The notes under the pieces: model-generated | The model's database searches: none | What the model saw: the letters and a program-made list of their open reading frames with translations, nothing else | What the model was told of the DNA's origin: nothing | In this document: positions 48,938-58,018 of the stretch, in pieces | Layout: each line of letters starts with the position of its first letter | How positions within the stretch are numbered: position 1 is the stretch's first letter | Position numbers and translations under genes: made by a program | Assembly: GCA_965662895.1 (NCBI GenBank) | Contig: CBFIJH010000013.1 | Location: 1-61,645, forward strand | DNA length: 61,645 bases | Direction: 5' to 3' | Source: Candidatus Poseidoniaceae archaeon | Lineage (GTDB): Archaea; Thermoplasmatota; Poseidoniia; Poseidoniales; Poseidoniaceae

Positions 48938-49885
48938 TCAAGACTTCTTGAAGAACGCAAAGAACAATGAAAGCAGGATGCCACCTGCTGCAAATCCACC
49001 TCCAAAAACAAGAAGTTGGTTCCCACTTTCTCCAGTCATGCTAACAAAAACAGCTTCCGATTCTTCTTCATTTCCGAGAAGGTCTACCAATACTGCGGAC
49101 GCATCTGTTTCACAACCAGTCTCCGAATTGCACGAGTTCCTCGAGGTTACTTTTACCTCAACCTCGATATCTGAGATTCTGTTGTCCTCAACGTTTTTGC
49201 TATTTCCAAGGTCACTCGGTGCCTTTAGATTGAGAACAACTCTGACCGGTTCGTTCTGTTCATCCATCTGTATCGTCTCCAGCGGGAATGAATAAGCAAA
49301 GCCGATTTCATCGAGCAAAGATGTTGAAGCTTGGGATAAGGAAAGATCCATGATGTCTTCTCCATTCCCTAAGTTATAGATCTCAAATGCCAACTCGAAT
49401 TCCATGCCAACCTCAACCTCAGTGAATGAATTTTGATTACCGATTGAGCACCCATAGTATTGAAGAATCTTAAAGGTAAATTTTGCTTCGCTTTCTGCTT
49501 GGTTCGGTGGCGGCAGACCACTGATTTCCTGAACAACCACGTTGACGACAGCTGTTTGTGATTGTACTGAGGTACCTTGATCTGCTTGGATACGGACATC
49601 AAAGGTCTCTGATGAGCCAGCAGCAATGTACATTGAGCCAGGCGCAGAATGAGCGAACTCCCCTGAATCAATTGTTATCACAATCTTCTCCACGTAGGCC
49701 GTGGGATTCTCGACTTCGCATGTGACGTTGCTTGAATGCGAACCTCCAGTTTGAACGTCAATCTCCATCATTTCGTCGCAAACAACCGAAATAGCAGCTA
49801 TTGGAGCCTGTGCCTGAACGGTGAAACTCAGACTCAGACAGGTCAACAGAAGCATGGATGCGAACACAATGCTCCGTAAAACCAT
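48938..49885 (-). CDS. secreted beta-rich protein with C-terminal TM anchor
   Basis: Signal peptide, CEVENPT, IYNLGNGED, hydrophobic end followed by KKS. Confidence 0.75.
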   Translation of the reverse strand: MVLRSIVFASMLLLTCLSLSFTVQAQAPIAAISVVCDEMMEIDVQTGGSHSSNVTCEVENPTAYVEKIVITIDSGEFAHSAPGSMYIAAGSSETFDVRIQADQGTSVQSQTAVVNVVVQEISGLPPPNQAESEAKFTFKILQYYGCSIGNQNSFTEVEVGMEFELAFEIYNLGNGEDIMDLSLSQASTSLLDEIGFAYSFPLETIQMDEQNEPVRVVLNLKAPSDLGNSKNVEDNRISDIEVEVKVTSRNSCNSETGCETDASAVLVDLLGNEEESEAVFVSMTGESGNQLLVFGGGFAAGGILLSLFFAFFKKS

Positions 49886-49931
49886 GATTCCATGATTGTT
49901 TAATAGTTAAAAAAGATTTTTCCTACGGATT

Positions 49932-50717
49932 TCACATATCGAAGAAGGTTCTGCACGAATTCAGAACAATTTCAAGATCTTTTTGGCGAATGACCTCATC
50001 TGCATGGGCAAGTGGTCGCTCATCCCATGGATTGAAGCAAATCGCATGAGCTGCTTCTTCAAACATCCCGATATCACCAGCTGAATCACCGACTGCAATG
50101 ACATGGCCTGCATCGACATTGAGTCGGCGGCGTAACATTCGAACAAGGGCGCCTTTCCCATCCATTTGCACTTGGTATCGGCCATAGTCTTGGAGCAAGA
50201 GTGATCCGTCCTTCTGGCCAGAGTTGGTTGTCCAACCGTTGGTGAAAACATGCAATCGCGTATCGAAACCATTTGCAAGTTTTTTCGAGGTGTGACGATC
50301 GATTCCTCCCCAGCGCCTTTGCCATTTCTTGTCGCTAGGGAACAGACATGCGATGTCGCGTGCTGTTTGTTGTAAGCCACCACTTACTATGGCCACGTGG
50401 TGACCATCATCAAGAAGCGATTGAATCAACAATTGGTAATTCTTCATCATCGGCATGCCTTCCATGCACGCACGCAAATCAGCATCTGTAATTTCAGAAT
50501 CGTTCTGTTCTTTCCAACTGTTTTTGATGAGTGCGATATCGAGTTTTATCCAATCCCACTCATCGAGAAGACCTTGATTGTAGAGGCTGAAGGATTCATC
50601 GTTGTTGATACCGAGTCGATCGTAAACAAATTGCCATGTTGACAAATGGTCGACAAGAACACGATCCATGTCCAAGCACACAAGACCACGCAATTCAATC
50701 ACCTCCTCTCGGGCCAT
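49932..50717 (-). CDS. HAD-superfamily (IB) phosphatase, SerB-like
   Basis: LDMDRVL, VSGG, K, VGDSAGD. Confidence 0.85.
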   Translation of the reverse strand: MAREEVIELRGLVCLDMDRVLVDHLSTWQFVYDRLGINNDESFSLYNQGLLDEWDWIKLDIALIKNSWKEQNDSEITDADLRACMEGMPMMKNYQLLIQSLLDDGHHVAIVSGGLQQTARDIACLFPSDKKWQRRWGGIDRHTSKKLANGFDTRLHVFTNGWTTNSGQKDGSLLLQDYGRYQVQMDGKGALVRMLRRRLNVDAGHVIAVGDSAGDIGMFEEAAHAICFNPWDERPLAHADEVIRQKDLEIVLNSCRTFFDM

Positions 50718-51528
50718 CGTATTGAGCCTGTATTTGCTCGACTTGTTTTCCCATAATGTAGAGGATGAGAGCAATCATCATTGCAAACAGTCCAAACAAC
50801 GTCATTGCAATGGTGAGCAATGTCACACCAATCGATTCTGTCGATAATTCAGTAAACGTGGTAACGACACCTCCTGAAAGCCGATATCCAAGGACAAACA
50901 AAACGATTCCAGGAATGCCAAAAAGGAACAGTGGGTGGCGAGATTCGATCATCCACATGAACAACTGAGCAAATCGAGAGGCTGTAGCAAGTGATTCTCG
51001 CTGTGGAAGCGATGGTAACGATGTTGATTCAATGACGCGCACACGAAGTTGATCAGAAAGGTCGTGAGCTGTTGCATCATCGTTTGCATGGATCAATTCG
51101 TTGAGGCCTTCATCGCTCACGGATGCATGCTGAAAGTAAGAGGACGCAAGTTTGGTTTTTGATGGACGAACCTCCTCTTCATCATTGGAAACTAGTCCAA
51201 TATAGACGTCCCAATTCTCGCGGGAACGATTGAGATGCAACGGGAATTCTCTCAGAGACCACTGTTTGTTGACGTGAATGAAGAGATAATTTTCGGCAGG
51301 TTCCAAATCTGAATCGTTCATACAACGAGCAATTGAAAGGATGTCCGAGTCTATAGAAGTGAGAAGTTTGCAGTCGATCTCTTCGACCAAAACAGGCGTT
51401 TCATCTTCAGAACCGAGGTCAATAAACACCACATCGTTGGTTGCTTGACGCGCTCTTGTCAGAAAGGATACAACCCGTAACTCAATGTCACGGCCTATAC
51501 CAACAATGCGTAGAGGAACCTTCGCCAC
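50695..51528 (-). CDS. degenerate GT2-like protein with two C-terminal TMs
   Basis: VVFIDLGSED remnant, no DxD; HPLFLFGIPG TM region resembles that of 34380..35309. Confidence 0.65.
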   Translation of the reverse strand: MAKVPLRIVGIGRDIELRVVSFLTRARQATNDVVFIDLGSEDETPVLVEEIDCKLLTSIDSDILSIARCMNDSDLEPAENYLFIHVNKQWSLREFPLHLNRSRENWDVYIGLVSNDEEEVRPSKTKLASSYFQHASVSDEGLNELIHANDDATAHDLSDQLRVRVIESTSLPSLPQRESLATASRFAQLFMWMIESRHPLFLFGIPGIVLFVLGYRLSGGVVTTFTELSTESIGVTLLTIAMTLFGLFAMMIALILYIMGKQVEQIQAQYDGPRGGD

Positions 51529-51613
51529 GTGCCCTCCTCAACGTCCTGCCTTTCAATTCTCCCTCATCTGTTTGCTTCACAACGCCTTTTTGCCGAGGAG
51601 GATTGGGTGGATC

Positions 51614-52510
51614 ATGATGGATGACCACACAATATGCGTGGTCATCCCTGCCCACAATGAACAAGCCTTCATCGGTAAGGTTTTGGAAACACTCCCACGT
51701 TTCGTTGATGTTGCCGTTGTTATCGACGATGGTTCAACGGATGCGACATTTTCTGTCGCCAAGCGTGCATCTTCACCTGCAGATGTTGCAGTGCTTCAAA
51801 CTCAAGGTTTGGGAGTTGGTGGAGCAATTGATCTCGGACACCAGCATCTTCTCAAAACAATCGAACATCCATTCATCAGTGTTGTCATGGCAGGAGACGG
51901 TCAAATGGACCCATCAAATCTCGCCGATCTGATCAAACCTATACTCAAGAACGAAGCGGATCATGTCAAAGGCAATCGAATGATGACGTCAAGTGATGTT
52001 GCACTGATGCCGAAACGTCGAAGAAGAGCATCTCAAATCCTTGGCTGGTTGACAACCTTAGCGAGTGGTCGAGTCACCAAAGATCCACAATGTGGCTACA
52101 CTGCAACATCCTCAAACCTTCTCCAACAATGGGATTGGGAACAGTCCTGGAGGGGGTATGGATATCCAAATTACTGGCTTATTCGACTTTCGAGCAACGG
52201 ATTTCGAGTCGTCGATGTACCTGTCAGGGCGGTTTATGGGGACGAGCAGTCCGGAATCAAGCCTTTGTCCTTCTTCGTGCGTGTTGGATGGATGATGACC
52301 ATTGAGCATCACAAGCGAGCGTTCAAACATCTCAAAAAGTCAGGTTGGATGTTGTTTTCATTTCTTTCATACTTGGCCGGATATGCTGCGATTGGATATT
52401 CAACCATTCATCCGATTGCAATCCTCGCTTTGCCTCCAAGTTGGTGGATTGCTCACAGGCTTGACCGCCTCGCTATGCATCGATTGTATGGTGGGCGTAC
52501 CAAGATTTGA
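51614..52510 (+). CDS. GT2 glycosyltransferase
   Basis: VVIPAHNE, IDDGSTD, AGDGQMDP, VKGNR, DPQCGY. Confidence 0.9.
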   Translation: MMDDHTICVVIPAHNEQAFIGKVLETLPRFVDVAVVIDDGSTDATFSVAKRASSPADVAVLQTQGLGVGGAIDLGHQHLLKTIEHPFISVVMAGDGQMDPSNLADLIKPILKNEADHVKGNRMMTSSDVALMPKRRRRASQILGWLTTLASGRVTKDPQCGYTATSSNLLQQWDWEQSWRGYGYPNYWLIRLSSNGFRVVDVPVRAVYGDEQSGIKPLSFFVRVGWMMTIEHHKRAFKHLKKSGWMLFSFLSYLAGYAAIGYSTIHPIAILALPPSWWIAHRLDRLAMHRLYGGRTKI

Positions 52511-52566
52511 ACTTGGGTCCAAGGCTCCCAAAGCCCCGAGTATAGGCCAAACTAACCCATACGCCC
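52489..52566 (-). tRNA. tRNA-Pro(TGG) with encoded CCA
   Basis: GGGCGTATGGG...GGGGC-TT-TGG-GA-GCCTT...AAGTTCAAATCTTGGTACGCCC-A-CCA. Confidence 0.93.
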
Positions 52567-52599
52567 TTGAGTTGTGGGACGTGGTTCTCCCTATGAACT

Positions 52600-53037
52600 T
52601 CACTCAAGAAGAAGCCAGGTTCCATTCTGCTGGCGAACCAGTGTCCCATCGAGTTCCATCTTTTCCAGTAATGCATCAGCCGACTGTTCTGAATCAAGAT
52701 CGTCCAGCACTTTCTGAACGTCGCAACGCTGCAGAATCATGTCCTCCCCTACAGCGTTTAGAATGGCTTTGAAGACTGCTCGAGGCGATGTTGAAGACGA
52801 AGCAATAAGCGGTTCATCAGAGGATTCGAGTTTCAATCGCAATTCATCCCGTAATTCCTCCGGGGTGTTTGCCAAAGCCACTTCAATTCGGAGCTGTGCT
52901 GATGATTCCGCTGTTGCTACGACAGGTGTTGTCGATGGAAGCGATTGGCCACAGTGAGGACACTGGCGCGGCTGCCCTCGCGTACCATGACAATTTCTGC
53001 ATGCAGGACAACGCACAACGGACCATGTTCCTGCCAT
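52600..53037 (-). CDS. zinc-ribbon plus winged-helix-like protein (DUF1922-like)
   Basis: VVRCPAC...CPHCG N-terminus; helical C-terminus ending LEKMELDGTLVRQQNGTWLL. Confidence 0.7.
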   Translation of the reverse strand: MAGTWSVVRCPACRNCHGTRGQPRQCPHCGQSLPSTTPVVATAESSAQLRIEVALANTPEELRDELRLKLESSDEPLIASSSTSPRAVFKAILNAVGEDMILQRCDVQKVLDDLDSEQSADALLEKMELDGTLVRQQNGTWLLLE

Positions 53038-53069
53038 GAAGGTGGATTCTGCCAACGGATTATGAAGAT

Positions 53070-53723
53070 TCACAAACTGAAATCTGTTCGATCATTGTTG
53101 CGACGTGCACCTGGACGAAGTGCAGGAGCAGCCGGTGCTTTCGTATCAACACGTTTCTTTTCAGGCTCAGCCGACCGCGTGAGTCCACCACGAATTGGAC
53201 CAGTACGACCGCGCCCCACCATACGAAGAGAATCGGGTAGAATCAAGGCTGCGATGGCAACGCCATGGTGGTCTTGTCCAGCAGTCACCTCGTCCACAGC
53301 AACATCAAACGAGAGAACCTCGAGGTCTCGAGAAGCGAGACGACGTTGGAGATTTCGACGAAGCAGAAGAACGGTTTCCTCATAGTCTACCTCCGTAGTA
53401 ATGCTTGCTACAATAGCACACTCATCACCTTCAGGCGTTTGACACATCGCATAACCAACACCTGCGCATGCAGTGGAACCACTCCAGGCGTAGGCGGTAG
53501 CAAGATGACACTCGACCAATGAACCCATGGGCAATGGTTCAGGAGGCACGACGTTGAAACCAAGTGGCAGCATAGCACCCTGAACCTGAATCAACCTGGC
53601 ATCGCCTAATCCCAATTCGACAAGCCCTTGATCGAAGGCATCCTCGGCATTTTCTCCCCATGGTGATACTGCAGTCATTAGCCAACCACGGGACGACTTC
53701 GAGCCTCCTTCATTGCCTGCCAT
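53070..53723 (-). CDS. pyruvoyl-dependent arginine decarboxylase-like protein lacking the Ser-Ser cleavage site
   Basis: AFDQGLVELGLG.ARLI....MLP, LPMGSLVEC, ACAGVGYA pattern of the PdaD fold. Confidence 0.75.
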   Translation of the reverse strand: MAGNEGGSKSSRGWLMTAVSPWGENAEDAFDQGLVELGLGDARLIQVQGAMLPLGFNVVPPEPLPMGSLVECHLATAYAWSGSTACAGVGYAMCQTPEGDECAIVASITTEVDYEETVLLLRRNLQRRLASRDLEVLSFDVAVDEVTAGQDHHGVAIAALILPDSLRMVGRGRTGPIRGGLTRSAEPEKKRVDTKAPAAPALRPGARRNNDRTDFSL

Positions 53724-53816
53724 GTTATCATGAAATCCTACACAGTTCATGAACAACTTGGTCCATTGGCCCTGAAAAAGAAGAAACGCTATCAGAACAA
53801 TGCAACTGGGAAGAAT

Positions 53817-54101
53817 ATGGCCAAGGCGTCGAGACTGCTCTTGCTGCTCGCAACCCTTGGCGTGTTTGTATTGGCCGTCATCATGCTTTTGAACAGCGAC
53901 TCAGAATTGATGGCAATACCATTGATTGGTGTTTCAATTCTTGCAGGCTTTGGCTACATGATGTTTGATGCGGAAGAACCTCAGAAACCCGACAGTACTC
54001 CAGGAGCACTTGATTCTGCTCGCAAGACGCCAGACTTGGAAACGCACAAAGAGCAACTGCCGGACTTGGCTCAGGGCGAGTACGATGTGCCCATTCTATA
54101 A
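53817..54101 (+). CDS. small two-TM membrane protein
   Basis: Two hydrophobic helices then acidic tail ending LPDLAQGEYDVPIL. Confidence 0.7.
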   Translation: MAKASRLLLLLATLGVFVLAVIMLLNSDSELMAIPLIGVSILAGFGYMMFDAEEPQKPDSTPGALDSARKTPDLETHKEQLPDLAQGEYDVPIL

Positions 54102-56006
54102 TCAAAGAATCCGAACTGTTTCGAGATTCTTTGGCGCATAGGTTCGACATCGATACTTGTCTCGAAGTTCCTTGCCGAGTTCACTGCACTTGTAGTAGTC
54201 ACCATGATGACAGATGATGTTGCGCGGTTTCGGGTTCATCGAATCAACGAAGGCAAGCAACTGACGACGATCGGAGTGACCACTAAATCCGTCAATGGTC
54301 GCCATTTCACAACCAACCTTGACGATTTCAGTTCGTCCATTGATTTGCATAGGAACCTCACCGAATCCTTTCTGAAGACGACGACCAAGCGTTCCTTCTG
54401 CCTGATAACCGACGAAGCACAGCGAGTTGCGCTCTTCGTGGGCCCAATTCTGGAAGTAATTCATGACCGGTCCACCGTTCAACATACCCGATGTTGCAAG
54501 AACGATGCAGGGGCTTGTATCCATAACGATGCTTTCTCGACGTTCAGCACCTTCAACAGTACGGAACCATGGACTTGTGAATGGATTTTCGCCATCGTTT
54601 TGTTGCAAGGACTTTCGCAATGCAGAAGTAAGGTAATTTGGATGACTGGCGTGAATCGCAGTCGCTTCCTGAATCATACCATCAAGCCACACAGGGACGG
54701 GTTTGACAGCCCCTGAACGGAACAAGTCATCAATGGCAATCATCACTTCTTGCGAACGACCAACAGCAAAAACAGGACAGATGAGCTTCCCATTTCGCTG
54801 CAAAGTTCGTGTGACGATGTCTTGCAATTCTTGATTGGCTTCTTCACGCGATGGTTGATAATCACCTGCTGCACCATAAGTGGATTCGATAACAAGGGTT
54901 TCACATCGCGGGAATCGAGTGTTTGCTGCATCGAACAGCCATGACTTTTCGAACTTCTGATCACCTGAGAACACAACGTTGTGCTTACCGTCTGCAATGT
55001 TGAGATGGACGGCGGATGAACCAAGAATGTGCCCCGCATTGGAGAACGTCATCTTGACATCAGGAGCAATATCGGTTGTTTGGTTCCAGTCGACATCGAC
55101 AACGTGACGCATGCACATTCGAATGTCTTCCATGTCGTACGGTGCACGCTTTCCTTCAGCTCCACCAACTTTGAGGTAGTCCGTTTGCAGGAGAAGCATC
55201 AAATCACGTGTTGGTGGCGTACAGAAGACAGGTCCCCTGTATCCATACTTGAACAGTACAGGAAGCATTCCTGCGTGGTCAAGGTGAGCGTGGGTCAGAA
55301 CGACGGCATCAATTTGTTCAAGCGGTAGTGCCTCTGGGGCAGTGAAGTACGGCATAGGGTCGGTATCTGAAGCGATGTTGACGCCAACGTCGATCATAAT
55401 GCGCGATTCATTTGTCGTCACGAAGTGACAAGCACGACCGACTTCCTGATACGAACCGAGTGCAGTTACTCGAGCCCACGTCGATCCAGGACGTTTTGGC
55501 CGATGAATGTTCAAGCCGAAGTTTCTGAGCAGTTTACGACGCTCTTCAGCATTGGCCTCTCGATAACCACGAATGTCTCGGACGGTTTTGGAAAGAATTG
55601 GAGGTGTTCGTTCGACAGACACTTCCCAGCCCGTCGAATTTCGGATTTCCTTTGCAATCGAACCTCGACGTCCAACAGCATCGCTTGGATTCTCGCATTG
55701 AATAATCACCTTCCAAATGCAAGGGTCGAAGAACAATTCAGAGATGTTGGCAGATTCTGGAACGAGGTCTTTGATGACCGCTGCTGCGTCATCCTTGTCC
55801 ATGACCATGTCAGGCTCAGGACGCATGACAATTCGTCGCTTGATCTTCTTCGAAATCTTCCCAGCCAACCCATCGCTTGAGGTGAACGGTTCGAAATCTT
55901 TGGTGAAAATGGCAATATCACCAGCTTCAAGGTCAACATTGTACTCAATGTTTCGAGGCACAATTTTACTAATCTCATCTTTGATTTCCTTAAACGTTAA
56001 TCGCAT
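54102..56006 (-). CDS. beta-CASP ribonuclease aCPSF1 (FttA) with N-terminal KH domains
   Basis: THAHLDH, AGHILGS, ESTYG, AVGRSQE, GFSGHSD; directly downstream of psmB. Confidence 0.95.
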   Translation of the reverse strand: MRLTFKEIKDEISKIVPRNIEYNVDLEAGDIAIFTKDFEPFTSSDGLAGKISKKIKRRIVMRPEPDMVMDKDDAAAVIKDLVPESANISELFFDPCIWKVIIQCENPSDAVGRRGSIAKEIRNSTGWEVSVERTPPILSKTVRDIRGYREANAEERRKLLRNFGLNIHRPKRPGSTWARVTALGSYQEVGRACHFVTTNESRIMIDVGVNIASDTDPMPYFTAPEALPLEQIDAVVLTHAHLDHAGMLPVLFKYGYRGPVFCTPPTRDLMLLLQTDYLKVGGAEGKRAPYDMEDIRMCMRHVVDVDWNQTTDIAPDVKMTFSNAGHILGSSAVHLNIADGKHNVVFSGDQKFEKSWLFDAANTRFPRCETLVIESTYGAAGDYQPSREEANQELQDIVTRTLQRNGKLICPVFAVGRSQEVMIAIDDLFRSGAVKPVPVWLDGMIQEATAIHASHPNYLTSALRKSLQQNDGENPFTSPWFRTVEGAERRESIVMDTSPCIVLATSGMLNGGPVMNYFQNWAHEERNSLCFVGYQAEGTLGRRLQKGFGEVPMQINGRTEIVKVGCEMATIDGFSGHSDRRQLLAFVDSMNPKPRNIICHHGDYYKCSELGKELRDKYRCRTYAPKNLETVRIL

Positions 56007-56011
56007 ATTAT

Positions 56012-56081
56012 CATCTCCAGCCACGACATTGCAGGCTACGCACAACCGAAGTTACGGCAACGCCGCGGGAGTAGGAAGATG
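56012..56081 (-). promoter_or_regulatory. long hairpin with C(UUCG)G tetraloop occupying the psmB-aCPSF1 spacer and pairing the SD
   Basis: CATCTTC/GGAGATG, CCGCGGCGTTGC/GCAATGTCGTGG, CGTAAC-TTCG-GTTGTG; G-U pairs work only on the mRNA strand. Confidence 0.6.
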
Positions 56082-56082
56082 C

Positions 56083-56709
56083 TCACTTCTTCTTGAGGAT
56101 GGCATCAATTTCGGATTGCTCAACTGGAACAAATCCATCTTTTGCAGTGATAACTGAAAGGTCCATGCCGTTTCCAGAAGCAGCATCACGCTGACCGGAG
56201 GCATTGAGTGCACGTGCAGCCAGTGCGACTGCGTTGTTTCGAGTCATGCCCTCGGAGAACCCATCTTCAAGCACACCGTACATGTACGGAGAACCCGATC
56301 CAGTGGCACAATAAACGTCAGGGATTGAACCACCTGCAGAGTCAATGGAGTAAACGTGTGAACCATCGTCGTCGACTCCAACAATGAGGAGCTGAACCCA
56401 GTGTGGGCGTCCAGAAAGAATGTTGGCAGTGAATGTTGCAGCACCCTTAACGGTCATGTTTTGACCACGACGTAGCTGATAGAGAGCGACTTCAGCAGCA
56501 AGTGTGCGGGACAGTGATTGCGCATGGCCAACAAGACCAGCCGTTGTCAATGCAAGGTTGTCACCGATCTTAAACAACTTCTGTACGCTTTTGTTGGCAA
56601 TGAAATGACCCATGGTCGCTCTGTGGTCCGCTCCAACAACGACACCGCCATTGAATGTGATTCCTACAGTACTGGTTCCAGTCTTCAATACACCGTCTTG
56701 TGCTTCCAT
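56083..56709 (-). CDS. psmB: proteasome beta subunit
   Basis: Propeptide ending KTG/TSTVG, ADHRATMG, TGSGS, RDAASG. Confidence 0.95.
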   Translation of the reverse strand: MEAQDGVLKTGTSTVGITFNGGVVVGADHRATMGHFIANKSVQKLFKIGDNLALTTAGLVGHAQSLSRTLAAEVALYQLRRGQNMTVKGAATFTANILSGRPHWVQLLIVGVDDDGSHVYSIDSAGGSIPDVYCATGSGSPYMYGVLEDGFSEGMTRNNAVALAARALNASGQRDAASGNGMDLSVITAKDGFVPVEQSEIDAILKKK

Positions 56710-56855
56710 GATATCACCAACGCGCCACCCCATATGAACCGTGGGGTTAGCAGTCTGTCCTACGCAAGCCCCCTTATCAACTCGACGATTGAAAATGATG
56801 ATTTCAGACGTTCAGGAAAGAAAGCATTCTTGAGCCATCGGACGTAGGCTGTGCT

Positions 56856-57434
56856 ATGGCAAGGAAACGTTCCTCTCAACCCGATGAGGGACAATTCTCG
56901 CTTGATGATTTCATCAATCAAGAACCTGCAGATGCGGACAGCGTTCCGGAGATGATTGATCTTTCGCAACAATCGAATCCACCTGCATCCAAACCAAATG
57001 AAGAAAGACCACTCCGCACGTTCACAATGCCAAGCAACGAGCTTGCAGAAGGACAACAGTCGACTCCACCTCCAAGTTCAGGCATTTACCACGACCTCGG
57101 CAAAATGTATCCAAATCCACCTATTCCAATGAACGATTCAGGAATGGTTCTCCACAGGGCAACACTGTACGATTTGACGGGAATTGACACCTTGCTCGAC
57201 TGGGTCAGCGATGGCGATGCAGCGTTGGTTGAAATGGCACGTTTGATGAATCGAGAACACGAAATTGAATCGGTTCTCGCCCGCCTCCACCGGTTTGTAG
57301 AAATGGACATGGGTGGCCAAATCGTCCAAATCACTGGAACTCGAGTGATGCTTCTCCCTCCGGGTTGTGTTGGAATCAGTGGGCTTGAAGACGAAGCATT
57401 CAACGATGAAGCGGGTTGGTCTGGAGGGGTTTGA
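56856..57434 (+). CDS. sepF: cell division protein SepF with long disordered N-terminus
   Basis: C-terminal DGDAALVE...MGGQIVQI...VMLLPPG; adjacent to ZPR1 as in other archaea. Confidence 0.75.
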   Translation: MARKRSSQPDEGQFSLDDFINQEPADADSVPEMIDLSQQSNPPASKPNEERPLRTFTMPSNELAEGQQSTPPPSSGIYHDLGKMYPNPPIPMNDSGMVLHRATLYDLTGIDTLLDWVSDGDAALVEMARLMNREHEIESVLARLHRFVEMDMGGQIVQITGTRVMLLPPGCVGISGLEDEAFNDEAGWSGGV

Positions 57435-58018
57435 TGGAAGAACAAGTCATCGACATGCCTTGTCCGATGTGTCACGATGAGGATAATTTGAGAATGATTG
57501 CTCATGTCGATGAAATCCCATACTTTGGCGAGCACACACAAGTAACCGTCCTGTGTCACGCATGTGGCTGGCGACAAACCGATTTCATTCCTGCAGAAGG
57601 ACGGAAGCCGGGCGGATGGACCTTTGAAATCAAGACCGAAGAGGACCTCACAGCACGTGTCGTTCGTTCATCATCGTGTACAGTCTGCATACCCGAACTT
57701 GATCTTGAGGTGAATCCAGGCGGTGCAGCAACAGGATTTGTCACCAACATGGAGGGACTGCTCGTGCGATTCATCGACATTGTTGAAATGGTCCTTCGAG
57801 ACATTGGAGAGAGCGAACCCGACAATCAACAAATCCTGCTTCACATGCTTCATCGATTGCAGCATGCAGGAAAAGAAGGTAAAGCTCTCAAGATTGAACT
57901 TCTTGATCCGCACGGACTTTCACAAATTCTTCATGAACGAGCCATCGATCGAGATTTGACACAAGAAGAAATCGATTCACTGCCAGTTGGACCCGATCCC
58001 GCTGTCTTCTCAGCTTAG
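57434..58018 (+). CDS. ZPR1 zinc-finger protein
   Basis: CPMC, IPYFGE, CHACG, RVVRS, IPEL, TNMEG, DPHGLS. Confidence 0.93.
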   Translation: MEEQVIDMPCPMCHDEDNLRMIAHVDEIPYFGEHTQVTVLCHACGWRQTDFIPAEGRKPGGWTFEIKTEEDLTARVVRSSSCTVCIPELDLEVNPGGAATGFVTNMEGLLVRFIDIVEMVLRDIGESEPDNQQILLHMLHRLQHAGKEGKALKIELLDPHGLSQILHERAIDRDLTQEEIDSLPVGPDPAVFSA

